Below, one piece after another: positions 1-11,551 of a stretch of DNA of 64,000 nucleotides. The position numbers and the translations under genes are program-made. The notes beneath the pieces were generated by a model that made no database searches, was not told the origin of the DNA, and was given only the letters and a program-made list of their open reading frames with translations. This stretch comes from Centroscyllium fabricii (lineage: Eukaryota): positions 182,094,001-182,158,000 of the forward strand of contig JBNRSN020000007.1 of NCBI GenBank assembly GCA_051313645.2, written 5' to 3'. Numbering within the stretch: position 1 is the stretch's first letter; each line of letters opens with the position of its first letter.

Positions 1-1102
1 CTCACAGGATCTGTTCTGGAACAGCTTCAGCCCTTCAAACATAAGAGCTTGAAAATTTACAAGAGTTTAGTAATAAACCAAGGTCAAACTCTCATGACAG
101 GGAAACACTCTCCCCATTAAACTGGAATAAAATAATGAAGCTCACCTGATTATTAGTTTATCCAGTCAGTAGCTGAACTATAGACATTTGGAATGTCTCA
201 GCTACAATCCCCAGGATCTGACTCGGCTGGGATATGTCCCACAGCCGAATAGTCTGTCAAAGCTCACACATGAATAATGCCCGCTGGAGCTCGGAACGCT
301 AGGTTCGGTAGCACCCATGGAATTGTGCCCCAGCAAGGAGCAAACGCCTTCAGGAGGAGGCAGAGGAAAAAACTGTGGAAAGTCTAAAGCATACCGTTCT
401 TCCTCCCCTCTTCTGAAGGCGCAGACTCTTGATAAAAGGTTCTATGGGTATCAGCGGCCCTCTGGCACCTCATTCAAGCGGCCATTTGTCATGTGCAAGC
501 CCAGGCAGCGAGTATCATAGTATTACATGGTAGTTACAGCACAGAAACAGGCCATTAAGCCCAACAGGTCTATGCCAGTGTTTATGCTCCACACGAGCCT
601 CCTCATACCCCTCTTCATCTAACCCCATCAACATATTCCTCTATTCCTTTCTCCCTCGTGTTTATCCAGCTTCCCTTTAAATCCATCTATGCTATTCACC
701 CTTTCACGCACTTTCTAGCAGGCGTTACTGGATAGCCATAGACAAAAAAAGTCAACTTTTTAAAAAGCAGCTTTTTACAGATCAAAAGCACAATTACAGT
801 GCAGTCTGCTTTTGCATAGAATGAATTTGCAATCTATGTGCCATTAAGTTTGCCTACATTGAGAAATCTCAGTCACTGGTATGGCAATGGGCCAATACAG
901 AGATTGGTTGAAGGGTTCCACCCTAATCACTAAGCTAACTTTCTCTTTCAAATGCCGAGTAACCCAGTATGCATTCTTAGAGTGAGGTGTTTTTATTTCA
1001 CATTTCCAGCATCCGCAGTTCTGATTGCCTCCATCGTCCGGACAAATACTTTGCGATCACGACTACAACAGTGTCACGTGGAAAGGTTAGAGACTGGCTC
1101 AC

Positions 1103-1278
1103 CTTAAAAATACCCGCAATGGATAGGGTCAGGCTGGAGGTTTTAGAGACCAATAGGAATTCAGAGAAACACAGTCCAAATGCCAGAAATCCTCCTGCAG
1201 CCAATACAAACATTATATGCAGCAAAGTCGAGGCCTCATGGTAACGAAACAGTCTCTCCGAGGCAGACAGACTTAGTC
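1103..1278 (-). CDS. SLC35C2: SLC35C2 coding exon 7 (remaining exons lie beyond the window start)
   Basis: ctcaAG|[59 protein letters not shown]|GTGAG; 176 nt. Confidence 0.94.
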
Positions 1279-1384
1279 CTTGAGAAAGGGAAAACGCAAT
1301 GTTAGTCGAGCACAGAGGACCAGCTAAGCTACTAGTGATTTTAATTCTAAATATTTTAAATTGGAATTCACAGTTTTACAGCAC

Positions 1385-2020
1385 AACACAGAATCATGCC
1401 ATTCAGCCCAACAGGTCCATGCCAGTACGACAGCAAAATACAGCGGAGGCTGGAAATCCGAAATAACAACAGAAAACGCTGGAGAAACTCAGCAGGTCAG
1501 GCAGCATCGGTGGAGAGAGAAACAGAGTTAACGTTTCAGGTCGAAGACCTTTCATCAGGTCCATGCCAGTGTTTATACTCCACACGAGCCTCCTCCCACC
1601 ACTTTTCATCTAACCCCATCAACACAACCTTCTATTCCTTTTTCCCTTATGTGTTTATCCAGCTTCTCCTTAAATGCATCCATACTATTCACCTCAACGA
1701 CACCCTGTGGTAGAGAGTTCCACATTCTAACCACTCTCTGGGTAAAGAAGTTTCTCCTGAATTCCCTATTGGATATATTAGTGACGATCTTATATTTATG
1801 GCCCCCGAGTGTTGGTCTCCCCCATAAGTGGAAACATCTCCACATCTACCCTATCAAACCCTCTGATAACCTTGAAAACCTCTAAAGAGTCCCATCCTGT
1901 TCAGTGTTTCCTAACAGGTACAACCTCTGAGTTATGGGATCATTCTTATACATTTCTTTTTGCACTTTTTCCAATGCCTCTCTATCCTTTTTATAATATG
2001 GAGACCAGAACAGTGCACAG
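1385..2020 (-). mobile_element. Degraded CR1 LINE 3' end with a nested Penelope-derived short insert
   Basis: RRNFFTQRVVRMWNSLPQGVVE...DAFKEKLDK C-terminal CR1 motif; insert at ~1431-1556. Confidence 0.75.
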
Positions 2021-2023
2021 TAA

Positions 2024-2824
2024 GGGGGGGATTTTGCCGGAAGCGCAGGAACCTGGCGGGGATTGGTCAGGGTGGGTTCCTGTCCCGCCTGGTCAAGGTC
2101 CTGGGAACCCCACGCAATTTTCATTTAATTGAGCAATTAAATCCCCGCCTGCGGCAGCCGGTGAAAATTGACTCAATCGAGTCGGGCCTCCAGCGGGGAA
2201 GAGCAGCTTGATTGACAGTTCCAGCACTGGTTGTTGACAGTTCCCATGGAAACACTCCACTGTGACATCGCAGTTGAGTGGAACCAATGGGAACATAAGA
2301 ACATAAGAAATAGGAGCAGGAGTAGGCCACTCGGCCCCTAAGGTCAAGTGCTGGTGACTGACAGGTGGGCGGGCTCCGAATCCTTGACAGCTTGGCACTG
2401 GCTGTGAGGGAATGTGCAAAGCTGAGATTTCTCAGTTTCTGCCCACAGCTGGTGCCCCCACCATGGAGTGACTTACTCCTCTAAGGTGCTGAAGGCGAGC
2501 AAAGCATTTTGCAGCATGTCCTTCAATGCCTTGAAGGAGAAAGTAATGAACAGCGCTGTGCTGTGTTTTAGGATGGCGGGGTTAGGGTGGGAATGGGATG
2601 AAAATTCGGAAGGGCCCTTAAAATGGCACTGCACGTGCCAATTAAGGGCCCTTAATGAGGTGAAACCCATCCCCGCCGGCCGCAAGGTTTCGGGGCGGGG
2701 GAAAATGTCAAAGCACCGGGGATCCGGCTGGGGGGGGGGGGGGGGGGTCGCGACCTGCTGGTTCCGCTATTTTGCCGGCCAACCACCAAAAACCCCGCCT
2801 CACAGGGACATGAAAATCCCCCCC
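2024..2824. mobile_element. Harbinger-like MITE inserted in a CR1 fragment
   Basis: TIR GGGGGGGATTTT / AAAATCCCCCCC; flanks TAA/GAA; CR1 RT-like sequence continues on both sides. Confidence 0.65.
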
Positions 2825-4493
2825 GAAGTGTGGTATAACCAAGGTTCTATACACATTTAACATAACTTCTCTAACATACGAAAGGATTTCTTTTGCATTT
2901 CAGTGTCAGCTTGTCTCAGTGGTATTTCTCTCACCTCCGAGTCGAAGATCAGGGGTTTAAGTCATAGTCAAGGCTGACACTTCAGCACAGTACTGAGGCG
3001 GCGCTATATTGCTGGAGGTGCAGTTTCCAGGAAGAGATGTTAAACTGGAACCTCATCTGCCTGGCCAACATTCCTCCTTCAACCAACAGATTAACTGGTG
3101 GTTTAACTCACTTTCTGATGGCGAGACTTTGGGGTGTGCATGTTTGGCTGCCGTATTTGCCTAAATAGCAGGCGACTGCACTTCAAAACGTAAATCATTG
3201 GCAGAAGAGTGTTTTGGGATGTCCCGAGGGGTTGTCTAGCAACAGGGGAAGGAGGGAAAGGGAGAGGAAATTGGGTGGGGGAGGGAGGTGAAGAAATGAG
3301 CAAAGGTGAGAGAAGACAAAAGAAATCGATATACAGTAAGGATGAAGGGAACAAAACACTGATTACAGAGTTTTGGCAAACTGTCCACAAAATTTGCATC
3401 TCAGTGTACCTTTCAACCTGTTGCCCAACAATTTGTACAACTAAAATTACAGGCACAGCAAAAAGTACTGAGCCAAAATTCATTAACAAAAACAACCAAG
3501 GTACCCAAATCATTAATGGGGAACCTTGCTGACGAGGAAGCACACATGAATATCAGGTGAAGACAGGGCTGTGATCTACTCAACAGTTTGCCAAAACTCT
3601 TGTCCAGGTACACATGGAAATGAAACCCATACATAACTACCATTATGACGAAACCTGTGCCATTTGGAGATGTTCACCAAGCATGCCCCACTTCTATCAA
3701 ACCCTGGTACTGCCCGTCCAGTGTCCCCAAACCGCCCCCCCCCCCAAATCTCTCAACTCTTCTCCCAGTTCCTCCACACCCTTCCGTCCTCAAACGCGCT
3801 CGCACGCCATACCGCTACTCCAAATATGCTTGGGCCTGACCTTCCCATGACCTCATGCCCACTACTCTCACATCCAATGGCTCTCCTCCCCAATTCCCCC
3901 AGAACCCAACATTTTTCCATTTTTCGTTGACCCTACCACCCCATTTCTAGAGCTCCCACAGCCCAGGGCCACCAGCGCAAATCAAAACTTGCGAGAGAGG
4001 AAGTAAGGATCTGTAGGGATAACAGTACGCAAGACTTTTAATATATTATCCTCCCAGAGTCCTACAGTCTGGACAAACACCAGAGACCCAAGATCTATTG
4101 AACCCCAAATGATCCTTTTGTTTTACACACCTAACTCTTTAAATATAGGGCAGTCAATCAATCAAGATCAAAACAACAATATTGCTTTGATATGTAGAGA
4201 TTTTTTCTATAAGATTTGTTTTTAAAACATTGGCCTAGAAATTTGGGTCCCCACGGGTGAGTACGCGCTGGGTACTCACCCGTAGGCCCATCCAAAGTGC
4301 CGGTTTCGTGCATGCACAGCGCATGCGCGCGAAACCAGCACTTCCGATCCCCCGACAGTAGGGTGCGTGCGCGGGAGCGGCAGCCCGTGCGCACTGCACT
4401 TCCGCTTTTTTTATAGGATTCTGTGTCCGGGTAAGTCTCAAAAAGTTACGGATGATATTTTCATGTGTAAGGCCTGCTTTTAACAAGGTAAGT

Positions 4494-7306
4494 GGTGAAT
4501 TACCTGCCTGCGCGACCTGTGGTCCTGCACTTGGCTGGGCGTTCCCACTCACAGGGCTTGCCCCTGTGGTCGACCCCTGCGTGCCCGACTTATACCTCTT
4601 ACACTGGTTTATATCTACCCGTTGCCACGTAACCTCTGGCCCGGGGTACCCTGCTCCTGGACCCTCGTGGGCCAATTGGAGAAATTCCCTCCTGTGCTGC
4701 TGCGGCACAACCCACTGTTCCTCCCTGAACAACATTCCTTCCTTAACGGAGAGGGTCGCCCTATTGTATGGGCCCTCTACCTGCTTGTCCTCACTAATAG
4801 CTTTGAGGACAGCTTTTAAAACGGGATCCTGGTTTTGGACCGTTTTGAGATCCAAAGGCAGGGGAACCTCCTTATCCCAGATCGCTGCCACAGGTCCGGA
4901 CCCGTAGGGGTCCCAGAAAGTGCCTTCACGAGCACCCTCCTTGGCCAGCGCATCCGCCCGCTGATTGCCTCCCCCACGTGGTTCCGTGGAAGAGTGAGCC
5001 TTCACCTTGTGGCTGAAGATCTCCCCTTCTTCCCCTACTGCTGCTAGGATCTTCTCCAACAAGGGCTTTACCGTTAATGGCCGCCCGTCCGCGGAAGTGT
5101 ACCCGCGACGTGACCATATGGCCAGATACTCCGTGCACGAGTTGCACGTAAACATACTATCGGAGCAAATTGTGTACGGGGTTGGGAAGGTCTCGGGGTG
5201 GGTTACCACGTACGCCACCGCCGACAGCTCGGCCTGCTGCGCGCTCATGGTGCGGGGAAGCTTAACCGCCAGGGCGATGTCTGCCGTAGGGTCAAAAATC
5301 CCGCAGCCCGTGAGTCGTTCGCCAGCCACCACCGTGCTGGAACCATCAACATAGATCTCGCGGCCCGTGGGATGTATCCCGGCTCGCAGACCTATGTTTA
5401 CCTCCCATAGCCCCTCCACGGAACACCGATGGGTCGTTCCGGGGTACATCAAATTTGCTGCGAGCTTGGGCTCGCACAAACCCTCCACTTTTAAATCCAT
5501 TTGGGACAAAAGAAGAGTCCAGCGCGCAATTCTCGCGCTGCTCACGGTCCCATCCTTTATCCTCCCATCCAGGAGCATCCTGGTGGGTGTGTGGTGGGTG
5601 AGGAGAGTAATGGGAGAGGTTCCCGTGAAGATTAATGATCTCTTCACGGCCCAATGCGTGGCTAAAAGATGCCGTTCGCAGTTGGAGAACCCCCTCTCCA
5701 CCTCCGTGAGTACCCTTGAGGAATACACCACCGGTCGCAGCTTGCCGTGCCGCTCTTGGAGCAGCACCGCGCTCAAGCTGTCCTCGCCGGCTGCTACCTC
5801 CAGGGAAAACTCCTTCCCCCCCTCTATGGCCCCCAGGGCTGGCGCGGTTTGCAAGTCCCTCTTCAACTTTTCAAACGCCGCCTGACAGCCCTCATCCCAT
5901 GACCACCCAACTCCCTTATGTAAGAGTCGGAGCAGCGGAGCTGCTGTGGCTGCATAGTCCTCAATGAAGTCTCTGCAATACCCGGTCAATCCCAAAAAGG
6001 ACCTCACACCCTTTACGGTGGTCGGGATCGGTAGCTCCTGTACCGACTCCCTCCTGGCCTTATCTATGGCCCTTTCCCCCGCGCGGATGGTCAGACCCAG
6101 AAACTTTACTTCTGTCTGGCCAATCCGTGCCTTCTTCGGGTTTATTTTAAAACCCTTCCTAGCCAGTAATTCCAGCAGCTCGCCTAGCAATGGCAAGTGC
6201 TCATCCCTCGTGTCCGTAAACAGGAGTAAGTCGTCCACATACTGCACTATCTGATTGGGCTGACTAAACTCCTTTAAACTCCCTGCCATACACTGGTGGA
6301 AAATACTGGGGCTGTTGTGGAAGCCTTGCGGCAAACAATTCCACGTGTACTGCTGCCCTTTAAACGTAAAGGCAAACTTGTACTGATCCTCCCTCCGCAG
6401 CGGGATGGACCAAAACCCGTTGGAGATATCCAACACCGCAAACACCGTGGCGGAAGCGGGAATACTCCCGATCAGGTCGGCAACTGCTGCCACCGTGGGC
6501 ACGCAGGCGGGGATGTTACTGTTGAGGACCCGATAATCCACCGTGGCTCTCCATGAGTTGTCTGGCTTCCGTACGGGCCACAACGGAGAGTTCACATGGG
6601 TGGCTATCGGCCTCAACACGCCCTGCCGCACCAGTGAAGACATTGCTGTCTCCAGATCGGACTCCGCTTCCTTAGGGAAGTTATACTGTTTCTGGGGTCG
6701 GGACATGGGATCCCCCTGTACGCTAACCTCAAACCCTAAGACCCTCCCGCAATCGTGCTTGTGGGTCGCAAAGGCGTTTATATTACACGTTACGGCCGCC
6801 TGCATGTCGGCCGGAACCCCCTTGGACAAACTTTCGAGGTCGTAACCTCCGGACGGCTTCATGGTGCATAGGGTCCCCTTCTCTTCTTCCTCCCCTATGA
6901 CCACAACTTCACCTCTTCCACTTTCGGCTGCCCATAAACAGTGATTCCTTAGGTCGATCATGATCCCATGTGCTCCCAGAAAATCTGCTCCTACTATACC
7001 TCTGCCACCTCCTTCTTCCCATTTCAGTAGGATGCACTCCCAAGTGGTGTGGAGCGCTCCTAACTGAATGGAGAGTGGCCTAGAGCGCGCGCCCCCCTGT
7101 TCCTTGCCCGTAAACCCTGCTAATGCAAAAGGGACTCCGGTGGACATTGGGGAATTAAACGGCTTCTCTGTATGGATCACGGTGCATGAGGCCCCCGTAT
7201 CCAACAGATAATTCCCCTCCTGTCTCTCCACCTCCATTTCCACCAGAGGTCTCCTCCATGCATCATAACGGAGCGGACACAGGTAAATGGGCAGCGCGGG
7301 TCTTAG
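4494..7306 (-). pseudogene. pol (PR-RT-tether-RNase H-IN with core deletion), in frame with gag
   Basis: YLLDTGAS, LPQGFHNSP/YVDD, YVDGS...AQQAEL...SDS...KVKAH...NQRADALAK, AHEGPGAGYPG then INQCKRYK; no DDE core. Confidence 0.9.
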
Positions 7307-9227
7307 TCATTGGGTTTCCACGTGAGGGGCTGCGGTGCCTGCGGAACCGGTGGCCACCGCTGCCTTCCCCTGGGAAGCCATATACAACTTCATGGCCCCC
7401 AGCGTGGACTCAATCGTCTCGGGACTTAAAGTCGCCCCGGCACCTCCTGTGGGAGCGGGTGCTCGGGTTGGGGCTACCTTCCCCTGGGAAGTCATATAAA
7501 ACTTCATGGCTTCCAGCATGGACTCAATTGTTTCGGGACTTAGAGTGGCGCCGGCACCTCCTGTGGGAGTGGGTGCTCGGGCTGGGGCTGCGGGAGCTCT
7601 TTCCTTGACCTCCCTCCACGGGGCTCTACAGTCTCTGCGCCAGTGGCCTGCCTTCCCGCATCTATGACATGTAGACTGCCCCGGGTTGCCCCCCTCCTGA
7701 TACCACTCTCTCTGCGCTGGGGCGTTTGCGTTAGTCGCATACACCTTCCCCTTATCGCAGTGCATCACCGAACTCCTTGTATTTTTATACCCAACCGTGA
7801 GTCGGTTGAGGACCGTCTCCTCTGTGGTTAGAGCATCGGTGGGGTCAAACCACACCTTCGCCTGCTCTCTAACGGCGGGTAGGCTGTTGGCAACGATACA
7901 CCGGAGCCACTGGGCTCTCCCGGCATCGCGCAAAACAGCCCGTGCAGGTACATCTGGGCAGCTGCGCTGATACACAGGCCACAGCCTCCCGGCGAAAACC
8001 CGTGGGGGTTCTCCCTCCATCTGCACGGTCCTACCCAGCCTTACAAACGGACCTTCATCGTCCATCCCTAATATTTCTAGGACCTCGTCCCGCAGGTCGT
8101 TATAACAATTCTCCCCCCTTTTGCTCTCGTCGGAGAGACACTGAAGGATAGAGCTATCCAAAGAGAAAAGCAACATCCTGGCTTGCTCCCCTTCGTCACA
8201 GCCGTTAATCGCTGCGGCCTGTTCGACCTCTCTAAAATGCAGGGACGGATCGCCTGCTGCGGACAGCTTCCTGAAATGCCCTATCATGCTCCTTATCTGT
8301 TGCGAGCTATGGGGCACTATAACCTCATTCAGGATGGGCCCGGGATCCCCAGCCGCAGTGTCGGGACCCCGCCTCGTCTCTCGAACCGGACACATGGGTG
8401 CCGGGTCTGGATTCCCCATTTTGGGAACCTTTGCCGCCACCTCCTCTCTGTCCCCTTTCTCCCATGCTTGCGTATAGTGGGGTGATCGCGCGGGGAGCGC
8501 GGGGGCTGGTGCCTCCGGCGCCCTCCTCCTTAACTTTGGCTTCGGGGGTTCCTGAGCTACCTTTACCTCACCCACCGATGGGTCGATGAGGCACACCAGA
8601 CCATTTGACCTGTTCAGGGCCTCCCTGAGGTCCTGAATCTCCTTTAAACAAGCGCCATGATCGGCGTCCTCATATCTGGCCTCGAGGGACATTTTGTATG
8701 CTGCCCTCATCCCCAGTAAATCCTCCTCCTGTGCCTTCAATTGGCCACTTAGGCGGACGCACCTTTCCCTGAGCTTCCCTTCACTTGACATGGCCTCTAC
8801 GACTTGTCTTTCTAGGAGCTCAACCCTAGCTTCATGGCGGTTGGTCTTCACCTGGCGCTCATTATTTAGAGCCTCTAGCGCGGTGATTAACCGCTGCCCC
8901 CGAGACCTTTTCCTCCACTTCTAGGACTAACCCTTTTATCTGCGCGGTCTGCGCCGCAATCACCTGGTCCGAAAGCTGGACCTGCTTTTTATAACACATT
9001 AGCCATACGGCTTTTTCTACTGCTTTTTTATGCCCCTTGCTACCCGTCCAACGGATAGCTGCATCCAGTGGGCGTTTGTCTGCCAACAGGTCCCCAATCC
9101 ACTGCTTTGTTAAATTCACTTTGCTGAATACATAATCAGCAATCCTTTCCTCCATTACGCTTCTTTTATTCAAGGCTGAGTCCAATATATCTCTCTCCTG
9201 CTGCCAACATCCTGCCGCGGTCGCCAT
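7307..9227 (-). pseudogene. gag of the retrovirus-like element (one frameshift near 8910)
   Basis: ORFs 8862-9227 and 7307-8851 are offset by 1 nt; coiled-coil N-terminus, CHRCGKAGHWRRDC knuckle, duplicated 38-aa C-terminal repeat. Confidence 0.85.
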
Positions 9228-9229
9228 TC

Positions 9230-10917
9230 TGTAAGGAGCGTGCGCCGTATATTTTATTGTACGACTTGGGGTCCGTTACTGCCTTGCGCTAGCAGTCCGC
9301 TAGGCCTCGCGCAATAACCTCCTCCCCCGCGAGCGGTTCGAATCGCTCACCCTTACGGTTCTAGACGTTGGACTTAGGTGCAGGAGAAGAGAGAGAGACG
9401 AGATGGATGCCGATTGGACTCAGATTTAGACTCGAATAAAAGTTTGTAAAGTTGGAAGATTTTTATTACACCAAGAGATATATTTACAGCAGTAAGGGTA
9501 AAGGTTTATTACACCAAGAGATATATTTACAGCAGTTAGGTTGTATTTCATCAGAATGACACAGTATGATACACCAACAATTGTTTCCCAAACAGATATA
9601 TATATATATATGTACATACACAGATAACTTATGGGATGGGGAACGCACGGCTCAACGTAAATCGGGCAATGACTCTATAAATACACCCCAAATAAACCAC
9701 CCTTCCCTCTATTGCCTAGCTATGTCCAGGTGTGTAGGATCGAGGCACATGCTCACCACTCGGTAATACTCGGGGTCTGCTACGAAGTTCCTCGTTTCCT
9801 CGGCTGCAGCGTCGGTCGTCACGTGGCTGTGGAAGATTCGGGAGTCCACTTGTTGTCTTCTCCCTTGGGGCGGCGGTCGCTCCTGCTCGGGCTGGTCCCG
9901 GACGGGTTCCTCGAGGCTGCTCTATCTCCTCGCACCAACCGCACCGTCTCCCTGGCTGAACCGGACCCTGGGGTATGCCGATCCTGCCCTCTCAAGCCGA
10001 ACTGTAACGGGCTGCTAGCCTAATTGCTCTCCCACTCTTCGAACGCTAGCTTAGTTGTCGTGTTCAACAAGATGCTTTACCAATGGGCCTCCCAACAACC
10101 AACTACCTCACCAGCAATGGTTTTCCGATGCGATACTGCCCTGACCCAACTCTGCTGTCCTGCCAGAGCCTTCACCCTGCTTGCCCTGCACCCAGAAAGC
10201 TGAACTGGAGTCTTCGAAACAGAGAGCCCACCCAAAGTTACTGCTAGACCTCACCGCTTCAAGAGGTCGCCTCCACGAGTCGATTCCAAGAGCCTTCTCC
10301 AAGAGCTCTTTCCTTCAGCTATTTTTCCAAGAGAGATTTTTACCAGAGAGCGAATTCTAGAAATGTCCTGCCAGTTATACCCCAAATGTTGAATGCCTAA
10401 TGTCTTTCCCATTAGGGCCTGTATTGTGTTTAGAAAACGGTTACTGCATTCCTTTGTCCAGCCGAGCCTGCTGGTAATAGTTTTGATGGTGGCTCTAACT
10501 TCTCCGGTTAGAGTCCCATTGTTTTCAAGGGTGCTAATCGCTTTATGCTCGAAGGGTATACAATTTCTGTAGCTGGCTAAACGGGCCAGCTGCTTCGTAT
10601 TTGCAGTTGTTTTGGGTGCTTATTTAACTGGGTGCATTTCTTTGTCGGGCTAATCGGTTTCTAAAGGGCAGGCTACTTATTTACAGGTTTAACAGCGCCT
10701 TTATGTCTGGTTTCTTCGCGGGCTTTTCGAATTGGGTTTTAGTTTCGGTTTTGCACTATGCCATGTGGTCCGGCGGCCATCTTGGAGGCCCCTTTTCTCT
10801 GATCAGGCCGCAGCCTGTCTTGTCTGTCATTGTTCAAATAAAAGAAAATATGTATACTCCATCCTTCGTTTCTGGTCTTTGTGAATCCGTTTTGACAGGG
10901 AATATTGCGACCCTACA
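9230..10917 (-). repeat. 5' LTR (~1.69 kb) of the retrovirus-like element
   Basis: Imperfect inverted termini TGTAGGG/CCTTACA, TATAA ~10375-10379, duplicated AATAAA block (~9462-9493 and ~9505-9536); PBS starts after a 3-nt spacer. No second copy exists to confirm the ends. Confidence 0.7.
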
Positions 10918-11467
10918 CAATGTAATTTAGTTATATTAAAAAATGATATTTAAAAAAAATTATTTGAAGATTTAGTGATGTTTTGGGGCTTGTAGTTTTC
11001 ATACTTTTGACAGCTCTTCCTGTCAAACTTATGAATGGAGCATTCTCTGCTCCAATTGGCTCTCCATGGCCCACGTGTTCCATTGCACTAACTGCGCCGC
11101 TGGGATACGCAAGCACAGCACGCTGGCAGTTGAGGAAGGCCCCGCATCGGAATTCCACGCGGGCCCACAGCTCAATGGCTGGCGCGCCAGGTAAGTGCAG
11201 GTTGGAGGGTTACACACGCGTGAAGCCTCCGACCCAAATTTCTGGGCCATTATAAAAAGATTAGCACAAATATGACAACTTGTGACACTTAGTGTAGAGT
11301 CCCAAAAGCAGACTTATACAAAGTTTGCACTGAAAGCATGCAACACTCATTGCAGACCCATTAAGCAAGCATATGTACAGTGACTATAGTGAACTTTTGG
11401 ACCTTGCTGTTCTTCACTGAAGTCTACAGTGCCACGACCATTATTAAAACAAAACAGCTCAACATAC

Positions 11468-11551
11468 CTTCATTGAATACAAACAGTGGGAAGAGGCCAA
11501 TGAACATCAGTGGCTGGAGGTGGTACATGGTGTCAATGGGATTCTGTAAAC
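11468..11551 (-). CDS. SLC35C2: SLC35C2 coding exon 6
   Basis: ttcAG|[28 protein letters not shown]|GTATG; 84 nt. Confidence 0.94.

Larger units (their letters stand above)
4494..10917 (-). mobile_element. Defective lokiretrovirus-like endogenous element (5' LTR-gag-pol; env and 3' LTR missing)
   Basis: LTR TGTAGGG...CCTTACA, PBS, coiled-coil + CCHC gag, pol with PR (LDTGA), RT (YVDD), degenerate tether RNase H, retroviral-type RNase H and truncated IN. Confidence 0.75.
4232..11248. mobile_element. Harbinger-like non-autonomous element split by the retroviral insertion
   Basis: TIRs GGCCTAGAAATTTGGGTC / GACCCAAATTTCTGGGCC, ATT on both flanks; halves 4232-4493 and 10918-11248 align by eye to the copy at 19317-20618. 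Confidence 0.75.

Noticed and set aside
3600-4231. Possible env remnant downstream of pol
   Set aside because: Lies outside the MITE that hosts the insertion; no ORF or glycoprotein-like features.
4466-4493. TGTAAGG as the end of a 3' LTR of the retroviral element
   Set aside because: Matches the LTR end for only 7 nt, and the segment aligns with the host MITE copy at ~20340-20400; no TSD.
9331-9348. GAGCGGTTCGAATCGCTC T-loop-like hairpin as a tRNA gene
   Set aside because: No cloverleaf or A box; just a small hairpin inside the LTR.
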